Source: an uncultured virus (IMG/VR IMGVR_UViG_3300021256_000093)
Taxonomy: Duplodnaviria; Heunggongvirae; Uroviricota; Caudoviricetes
Virus record (IMG/VR): IMGVR_UViG_3300021256_000093
Direction: 5' to 3' (one strand)
Length of the DNA: 64,000 nt
Of this stretch, positions 58,366-64,000 are shown piece after piece (positions within the stretch are counted from its first letter, which is position 1; every line of letters begins with the position of its first letter). A model generated the notes under the pieces. That model was not told where the DNA came from, searched no databases, and saw only the letters and a list, made by a program, of their open reading frames with translations. Both the position numbers and the translations under genes were made by a program.

Positions 58366-58869
58366 CTAATTTAATTCTTTATTTATATTTTGCGCGGAAT
58401 ATAACTTATAATCATTATTTGGATAACTAATATTTAAAAAATACATTTTATCTTTATGCTTGAAATATAGGTCATCTTTAGTAAATATATTATTATCTCG
58501 ATATCCATGATAATCAATATCTACATTTATATAAAATACAGGATTATTGTTATTATCTACAATGATAATATTCCCATATTCTTTAACTTCATCTGATCCA
58601 AAATTTCTACGTTGAAATGGCAAACTCTTAATTTTTATTTTACTATTTCTTTCATATTCAAATATTGATATTGCTTTTAATTTAGATAACTGTGTATTTT
58701 GCTTATTAAAATTACGTGCTAAATCATCTATAGTTGTTGAAGTCGCAGCTAAACGAGAACAATTAATACCATTCATTAATTGTTCAATAACTTTAATAAT
58801 TTGATATGATACAGAAGTATTTTTATTGATTTCAAATTTTTCAGATATAATAGATTTTAAAGATTTCAT
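58366..58869 (-). CDS. hypothetical protein with capsid-targeting-like leader
   Basis: MKSLKSIISEKFEINKNT. Confidence 0.8.
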   Translation of the reverse strand: MKSLKSIISEKFEINKNTSVSYQIIKVIEQLMNGINCSRLAATSTTIDDLARNFNKQNTQLSKLKAISIFEYERNSKIKIKSLPFQRRNFGSDEVKEYGNIIIVDNNNNPVFYINVDIDYHGYRDNNIFTKDDLYFKHKDKMYFLNISYPNNDYKLYSAQNINKELN

Positions 58870-59310
58870 TTAGTTTTTTACATCAATATATTTCTTTCTA
58901 TAGTCTACCCAATCATCCCAATACATTTTACTACCATCCATAGTAATATTATATTTACTTATTTTTGCTGATTTAAAATTAACTAATATTGAACAAGCAG
59001 GTACTGAATATTTTTTTATAAATTTATATACATTAGTAGATGTCCTTATAAATTCTGTAGTACTAAAATTATAATTATAATAAGTATTTAATATTTCTGC
59101 AATATCTTTATAATTAACTTGAGTACGCTGAACATTGAATGTACCTAATCTAGCTCCCTCTTTATATGAACGATTCTTATATATAGATATATATGTTGCA
59201 CGTATTATATCCTTCAGCATATCTTCATTAGTATCATCAAAACGAGTAAATGCTTTTGTATTATTACTTATTTCAAATTTTTCTATAATATAATTAACTA
59301 GTAATTTCAT
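58870..59310 (-). CDS. hypothetical protein with capsid-targeting-like leader
   Basis: MKLLVNYIIEKFEISNNTK. Confidence 0.8.
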   Translation of the reverse strand: MKLLVNYIIEKFEISNNTKAFTRFDDTNEDMLKDIIRATYISIYKNRSYKEGARLGTFNVQRTQVNYKDIAEILNTYYNYNFSTTEFIRTSTNVYKFIKKYSVPACSILVNFKSAKISKYNITMDGSKMYWDDWVDYRKKYIDVKN

Positions 59311-59327
59311 CTTTAATATAAGTATAT

Positions 59328-59804
59328 TTATAATACATATCTTTCTACCTCATCTTTATATAAAAGTATATATGCGTCAAGTACAGTTAATTTAGAATCT
59401 AATAAAATATATATTGTAAATAGTGCATCATTAGAAATTAAATGACATAATTTTAATTTGTACTGTTCATTTTCTAAATCAAAATTGTATTCACTTTTCT
59501 TTGTTCTCTTAAGTAATTCATCAGGTAGCTCAATTATATCATTATTTATAAATTTATATGTATGGTCTGGTAAATGATATATATTTTCTTTAAAATTCCA
59601 TCTTGCAAAACATTTTGTTTTTAATGATTTGCCATGTCGTAATAATGTTGTCTTTTTAAATGATTCAAATTTTTCACCAGAAAAATTATATTTAATATGT
59701 AAAAAATTAAGCCATTCATCAAACATCATATAACCTTTATGATTATATGTTGTATTCTTATTTAACTCAAATTTTTCTAATATACTAGTCTTTAGCGATT
59801 TCAT
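59328..59804 (-). CDS. hypothetical protein with capsid-targeting-like leader
   Basis: MKSLKTSILEKFELNKNT. Confidence 0.8.
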   Translation of the reverse strand: MKSLKTSILEKFELNKNTTYNHKGYMMFDEWLNFLHIKYNFSGEKFESFKKTTLLRHGKSLKTKCFARWNFKENIYHLPDHTYKFINNDIIELPDELLKRTKKSEYNFDLENEQYKLKLCHLISNDALFTIYILLDSKLTVLDAYILLYKDEVERYVL

Positions 59805-60057
59805 TCTTTTTTAAAATTGCTTTGAATATATTTTTTGAATCTAAATTAACTTTATATTGTTGTTTCAATAATGATTTTTTAGATTCATCACCATACCATC
59901 CAACAGGTTTAACAATATATTTAGTATCTGTTATATCTATAATTTCTCCAATTACAGTTATTTTAGTTGTCTTATATATAACATAATCGCCTGTATTCAA
60001 TTCAGAACCAAGTGAATCATAGTTAGCTTCTTGAATATAAGTTAAAATATCTTTCAT
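59785..60057 (-). CDS. small SH3-like protein with capsid-targeting-like leader
   Basis: MKDILTYIQE; DSLGSELNTGDYVIY. Confidence 0.72.
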   Translation of the reverse strand: MKDILTYIQEANYDSLGSELNTGDYVIYKTTKITVIGEIIDITDTKYIVKPVGWYGDESKKSLLKQQYKVNLDSKNIFKAILKKNEIAKD

Positions 60058-60063
60058 ATATAA

Positions 60064-60657
60064 TTAAAACTTATCTATTTCTTTTCTTCCTGCAACTAAG
60101 TCATCTAAGAAATCTTGTAATAATTGTAAATGCTCTTCTTCGTCAGCAAGTATTTCTTTACATTTTTTCTGTGTTGTCCAATCTTTTGATAATGAAGCTA
60201 TTTCTACTAATTCTCTATAAGTTGAAATTGCATCTTTTTCATTACTAATATTAGTAAATAATGTTTCTTCTAAAGGAATAACTATATCATCAGAACCTTC
60301 AACACCACTTTCTTTAGTATACTTATGTTCCCATCTTGGTGAGCGATATGTATGTGTTGCAGTTAACCATGACGCCGGACTTGCAGTAATATCTTCAATA
60401 GTACCACCGAGTTCATTAATACGTTTCATAAGCCAATATGCATGGTCCTCTAATTCATCTTTAGCAGTTTCTTCATATAGCTTAACTACATCAGGTCTTT
60501 GTGAGCCTACTAAAAATTCTTTAACAATTATATATCCATACCATGCATTTAATTCTTCTTTAAGTGCATTTTTTAATTTTTCAATAATAAGTCTTTTTGA
60601 TTCTGAATCTAACCATTCATCAGCATATGCTTCATTAATTTGCTTAAGTGTTTTCAT
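60064..60657 (-). CDS. ferritin/Dps-like di-iron protein
   Basis: EELNAWYGY, DELEDHA..L..RINELGG, EKDAI..Y, ILADEEEH; leader MKTLKQINE. Confidence 0.88.
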   Translation of the reverse strand: MKTLKQINEAYADEWLDSESKRLIIEKLKNALKEELNAWYGYIIVKEFLVGSQRPDVVKLYEETAKDELEDHAYWLMKRINELGGTIEDITASPASWLTATHTYRSPRWEHKYTKESGVEGSDDIVIPLEETLFTNISNEKDAISTYRELVEIASLSKDWTTQKKCKEILADEEEHLQLLQDFLDDLVAGRKEIDKF

Positions 60658-60662
60658 ATATA

Positions 60663-60791
60663 TTATTCATTAATAATTTTATCTTCTTGTTTTTTAAATT
60701 TATTAATAATCTTACTAAAAAATTCTTTAATTTGTTCAGTATATCTACCACAAAGATATCCAGCTATAAAAAATATTATACTTTCTATCAT
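60663..60791 (-). CDS. small membrane protein (42 aa, not in ORF track)
   Basis: MIESIIFFIAGYLCG + amphipathic tail; first gene after the class II motif. Confidence 0.55.
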   Translation of the reverse strand: MIESIIFFIAGYLCGRYTEQIKEFFSKIINKFKKQEDKIINE

Positions 60792-60813
60792 AATATTAAA
60801 ATATATATTTATC

Positions 60814-60860
60814 TATATATAAAAATAAAAAACTTAAGACAATTACTTATCTTAAGTTTT
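60814..60860 (-). terminator. terminator (60827-60860) directly followed by an exact class II promoter motif (60814-60827)
   Basis: AAAACTTAAGA...TCTTAAGTTTT hairpin; TATTTTTATATATA on the minus strand. Confidence 0.65.
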
Positions 60861-60901
60861 ATCATAAATAATTATATTAAGAAATATGAAAAATGAATAT
60901 A

Positions 60902-61156
60902 TTATGGTAATATATTTTTTTCATAATTAGGAATATCCTCACTCTTATATACTATATCATACTCATCAGAATGCTCATGAAGATAATCTGCCATTGCTGA
61001 TTCAATAGTATGCTCATGAAAAGTCATACCAATCATAATAGTCCTAATAGCTTGCATCATATCTTCTCCAGTAACATCATCATAAGGAACTTCCCAAACA
61101 ACCTTACGGTCATTTTGTTCAAGAGTCAATCGAGTAAATTTATCTGTATTATTCAT
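60902..61156 (-). CDS. hypothetical protein
   Basis: 84-aa ORF. Confidence 0.7.
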   Translation of the reverse strand: MNNTDKFTRLTLEQNDRKVVWEVPYDDVTGEDMMQAIRTIMIGMTFHEHTIESAMADYLHEHSDEYDIVYKSEDIPNYEKNILP

Positions 61157-61280
61157 ATTTATAAAATTTAAATGTATAAGATGTCGGTGTTTCTTTAATT
61201 AATTCAAATGATGTATCGCGTTGTTCTCGCTTAATCAATTCTTTTAAAATTTCTTCTGTTGAATACTTTGATATCATCAT
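61149..61280 (-). CDS. small hypothetical protein (43 aa, not in ORF track)
   Basis: MMISKYSTEEILKELIKRE...; fills the gap between neighbours. Confidence 0.5.
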   Translation of the reverse strand: MMISKYSTEEILKELIKREQRDTSFELIKETPTSYTFKFYKYE

Positions 61281-61288
61281 ATTTTATA

Positions 61289-61492
61289 TTAAAATAATTT
61301 TTTAAATAACTTACAGATAACATATATAGGCCAAAACAATATTAAACAAATCCAATACATAAATAACATATTTGACTCTAATGTATCTGTTTCTAATAAA
61401 TCATCATGTATAGGTTTTATATAATTAAACCAATCATAAATACCTATTAATATTCCAATAATTAAATATATATAAAATAGAATTTCAGCCAT
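61289..61492 (-). CDS. small two-TM membrane protein
   Basis: two hydrophobic segments; YxxxG and FWP motifs. Confidence 0.65.
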   Translation of the reverse strand: MAEILFYIYLIIGILIGIYDWFNYIKPIHDDLLETDTLESNMLFMYWICLILFWPIYVICKLFKKLF

Positions 61493-61596
61493 ATTATTTA
61501 TATAAATCTTTAAATATTTTCAAATATTGGCATTCTTTACATTTACTATTATTTGGAGTGCATCTTATATGACAATATCTTAAATTAACTATGTAT

Positions 61597-61821
61597 TCAG
61601 CATTGGTAATCATACAATTCTTCCATCATGTCTTTTTTAAGTTGTTTTCTAACTTTAGTTTGACCAGCTTTACGAATTTTTCCAGCATTACGTTTACGAG
61701 ATCCTCCATAAGGTTTATCATCATTTTCAAAATAATGAGTAGGATAAACCATTCCTTGTTTATAATTATGAGGCATTGATTCCTCTAATAATCGTTTACC
61801 TGTTGCCATATTAATATCCAA
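61597..61821 (-). CDS. small basic hypothetical protein
   Basis: 74-aa K/R-rich ORF. Confidence 0.6.
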   Translation of the reverse strand: MDINMATGKRLLEESMPHNYKQGMVYPTHYFENDDKPYGGSRKRNAGKIRKAGQTKVRKQLKKDMMEELYDYQC

Positions 61822-62500
61822 TATCTTCTTTCATAATATCAAATTCATCAGTATAAGTTTTATTATATCCATTAAACCATTTATAATAGAATTCAATTAT
61901 CTTACGTTTCCATTTCTTAGGTGAATATTTTTGAATAGTATTATAATGATTAAATGCCCATTTATAATTATCAATTTTGTCAATAGGAATCCACTTTACA
62001 GATTCAACTTCATTTTCTTCTCCACCTTCTTTATTTACATAATGCGGAATAATCTTACCTAGAAATGCGATATGACGAATTGTTACGTTTCCATTATTAC
62101 ATTCTTTAGGATTTGTTTCTGTATATACTTCTCGTAAATCATCTGTATCAATTTGGAATCCACATTCTTCTAAAGTTTCTCTTGCAATTCCTTCTTTAGC
62201 ACTTTCATATCTTTCAAGGTACCCACAAATAGCATTCCAACAACCTTGATAATCAGGTGTACCAGAACCACGAAGATTTGCTAAGATAGAGTATTTACCA
62301 TTAACAATAGCATATATAAATCCAGATACTGCACAAAACCTTCCAGAATATACTATTTTAGGATCTCCTGTACATGCATACCTTTGTGCTTGTGTCTTTT
62401 TTGAAATTACTTTATTTACTACTTCAGGTTTCCATGCATAATATGGAAAATTTCTACCATACTTTTCCAAGTTATCTTCATTAGGTCTTGTAAAAATCAT
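61811..62500 (-). CDS. NUDIX hydrolase
   Basis: Nudix box GYLERYESAKEGIARETLEECG; WAFNH; likely start at 62500 (MIFTRP) because a promoter motif lies at 62539-62567. Confidence 0.88.
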   Translation of the reverse strand: MIFTRPNEDNLEKYGRNFPYYAWKPEVVNKVISKKTQAQRYACTGDPKIVYSGRFCAVSGFIYAIVNGKYSILANLRGSGTPDYQGCWNAICGYLERYESAKEGIARETLEECGFQIDTDDLREVYTETNPKECNNGNVTIRHIAFLGKIIPHYVNKEGGEENEVESVKWIPIDKIDNYKWAFNHYNTIQKYSPKKWKRKIIEFYYKWFNGYNKTYTDEFDIMKEDIGY

Positions 62501-62538
62501 ATGAACTAAATTTATTAAGTTATTTTTAATTATATATA

Positions 62539-62567
62539 AATATAGGAACACTATTTAAATTATTTAA
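62539..62567 (-). promoter_or_regulatory. putative class I promoter TTAAAT-N17-TATATT
   Basis: recurring motif. Confidence 0.5.
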
Positions 62568-62573
62568 TATTAT

Positions 62574-63050
62574 ATGAAATCTATCGATAATTATATTTTA
62601 GAAAAATTTGAATTGAATAAGAATACAAAGATTGACCCAAAATCATATATTATTCATAATAGTACATTTATATGTAATTCAGCAAAAAGTGATTTAAATA
62701 ATTTATTAGAAAAAGAAAATATAGATTTATTAATAGTAGATAAATCTAAAGATAAAATACTTAATTTTATATATAGTAATTTTAAAGATACATTAGGTAA
62801 ATTTTATATTTATAAAGATGATGAAGAACAAAATCGTATTTCAAATAAGATACAGCAAGCAATAGCATATTATCGTAAATTTACAAGTGAACAATTAAAT
62901 AATGATGATTTATGGTTATCTACATTATCACAAAATAATAATCAGGTAGGAAGACTATTAATGATAAAATATAAAGATAAATGTTCTGAAATGTTTATCG
63001 TCCCAAATAGTAATAATAGTAAATTAATATATTGGATTATTAAATTATAA
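62574..63050 (+). CDS. hypothetical protein with capsid-targeting-like leader
   Basis: MKSIDNYILEKFELNKNTK; lone plus-strand gene. Confidence 0.8.
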   Translation: MKSIDNYILEKFELNKNTKIDPKSYIIHNSTFICNSAKSDLNNLLEKENIDLLIVDKSKDKILNFIYSNFKDTLGKFYIYKDDEEQNRISNKIQQAIAYYRKFTSEQLNNDDLWLSTLSQNNNQVGRLLMIKYKDKCSEMFIVPNSNNSKLIYWIIKL

Positions 63051-63076
63051 AAAAAGGAAGCTTTAAAGCTTCCTTT
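63051..63076. terminator. bidirectional intrinsic terminator
   Basis: AAAGGAAGC-TTTAAA-GCTTCCTTT. Confidence 0.82.
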
Positions 63077-63078
63077 AA

Positions 63079-63357
63079 TTATTCAATAATATCAATTAAG
63101 TTTTCAACAAGAAATGACCTCCACCCGTTTGCATCCATATCAAAATATCGGATTTGATTTTCTGGAATTGGTCGTCCTATTCCTGATGGCTCATTTTCTT
63201 TTCCATAAATAAAGGAATTCAATGTACCTTTTGCTTCACGAACAGATCCATCCTTTTTGTTATACTTAAACTTAACCGTACGCTTGTGTAATTCCTTTTT
63301 AAGTATATTAGCTAATTCTACTTTCTGATTGTCAATTTGTTCGATTACTTGTTCCAT
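63079..63357 (-). CDS. WYL-like/SH3 beta-barrel (DUF2693-like) protein
   Basis: VKFKYxKKDGSVREAKGTL...YFDxxxxGWRSF. Confidence 0.82.
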   Translation of the reverse strand: MEQVIEQIDNQKVELANILKKELHKRTVKFKYNKKDGSVREAKGTLNSFIYGKENEPSGIGRPIPENQIRYFDMDANGWRSFLVENLIDIIE

Positions 63358-63380
63358 ATTACCAATTATTTTTTAAATTA

Positions 63381-63995
63381 TTACCAACCATTTTTTAAAT
63401 TCATATCTCCGAATTTCTGTCCAAACTTTGCAATCTCTTCTTTAGAATAATTACAGAATAGATAATCAATTTTTTCCTCATTCATTTTGTACAATACATA
63501 TTGGAAACAATCAAGTATCATATAAGATTCACGAGGAGTTATCTTAACATTTTCAGATTCTTGTTCATATTCATCGTTTAAATTATATTTATTTATAATA
63601 TCTTCATAAATTTCCAATTCATAAGTTCCACCATTATAGAAAGATATTGCAAATTCAAATTCATCTTTTGATAATCGATTATGAATATCAATATCACCAT
63701 CATCTAAATCATGATGTTCATGTTCAAGATATTTAATAAGAAGGCGTTCAGCATTTGGATTATAATTATATGAATTGGGAAGATAACGTTTATATGTAAT
63801 CATATTATATTCATGACTATATTTATCATCGTTGAATAGTTCATTATCTTCTAAATATTCAATCTTGCCTGTTTCTTCATTTATATCAAGTTCAATTCTT
63901 TCTTCAAGATTATTGTCCTTAATATATTTTTTAATAGCTTCATCTCCACGAGCAACTATTTTAAATTTACCTTTATGAAATTCTGTATAACTCAT
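63381..63995 (-). CDS. hypothetical protein
   Basis: 204-aa ORF; MSYTEFHKGK...FYNGGT. Confidence 0.7.
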   Translation of the reverse strand: MSYTEFHKGKFKIVARGDEAIKKYIKDNNLEERIELDINEETGKIEYLEDNELFNDDKYSHEYNMITYKRYLPNSYNYNPNAERLLIKYLEHEHHDLDDGDIDIHNRLSKDEFEFAISFYNGGTYELEIYEDIINKYNLNDEYEQESENVKITPRESYMILDCFQYVLYKMNEEKIDYLFCNYSKEEIAKFGQKFGDMNLKNGW

Positions 63996-64000
63996 GTATT

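Noticed and set aside
58354..59787. TAG-to-Gln recoding as in Lak-type megaphages. TAG stops are rare (58366, 59785, 44691), and read-through at 58366 would end in an ATGA overlap with the endolysin start.
   Set aside because: All long genes, including the 2632-aa fibre and the baseplate genes, are unbroken in the standard code. Rare TAG is expected at this AT content, and read-through adds only 4-6 residues.

Overview
This is a very AT-rich, gene-dense segment of a large tailed phage, most likely a T4-superfamily myovirus of jumbo type. Support comes from gp25- and gp6-like baseplate wedge genes, a gp2-like DNA end protector, a 2632-aa tail fibre and an endolysin. A Bacteroidota host is inferred from a Bacteroidota-like RecA and AT-rich leaders with no Shine-Dalgarno sequence. 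Genes read intact in the standard code. Two things stand out. (1) About 24 otherwise unrelated proteins start with a leader MKx(L/I)xx(Y/F)(I/L)xE, with Glu at position 10 in 21 of them. This resembles the T4 capsid-targeting sequence (MKTYQEFIAE). Thirteen of them carry a second tag, KFE(L/I)NKNT(K), directly after it. The tagged proteins include a tandem array of DUF285/BspA-like repeat proteins, a ParB-like protein, a GNAT, a ferritin-like protein, an AT-hook AAA+ ATPase and a glycine-zipper peptide, suggesting a large head-packaged, injected protein set. (2) A nucleotide-modification locus at 12831-16971 holds a degenerate T4 alpha-glucosyltransferase-like gene, divergent from an operon. 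The operon encodes a deoxyribosyltransferase/hydrolase, an HD nucleotidase, a non-canonical ThyX and a kinase fused to a minimal thymidylate-synthase-fold domain with the dCMP-type Asp signature. Two recurring upstream motifs (putative early and late promoters) and many hairpin terminators are also visible. All protein calls come from motif recognition by eye, not database searches.
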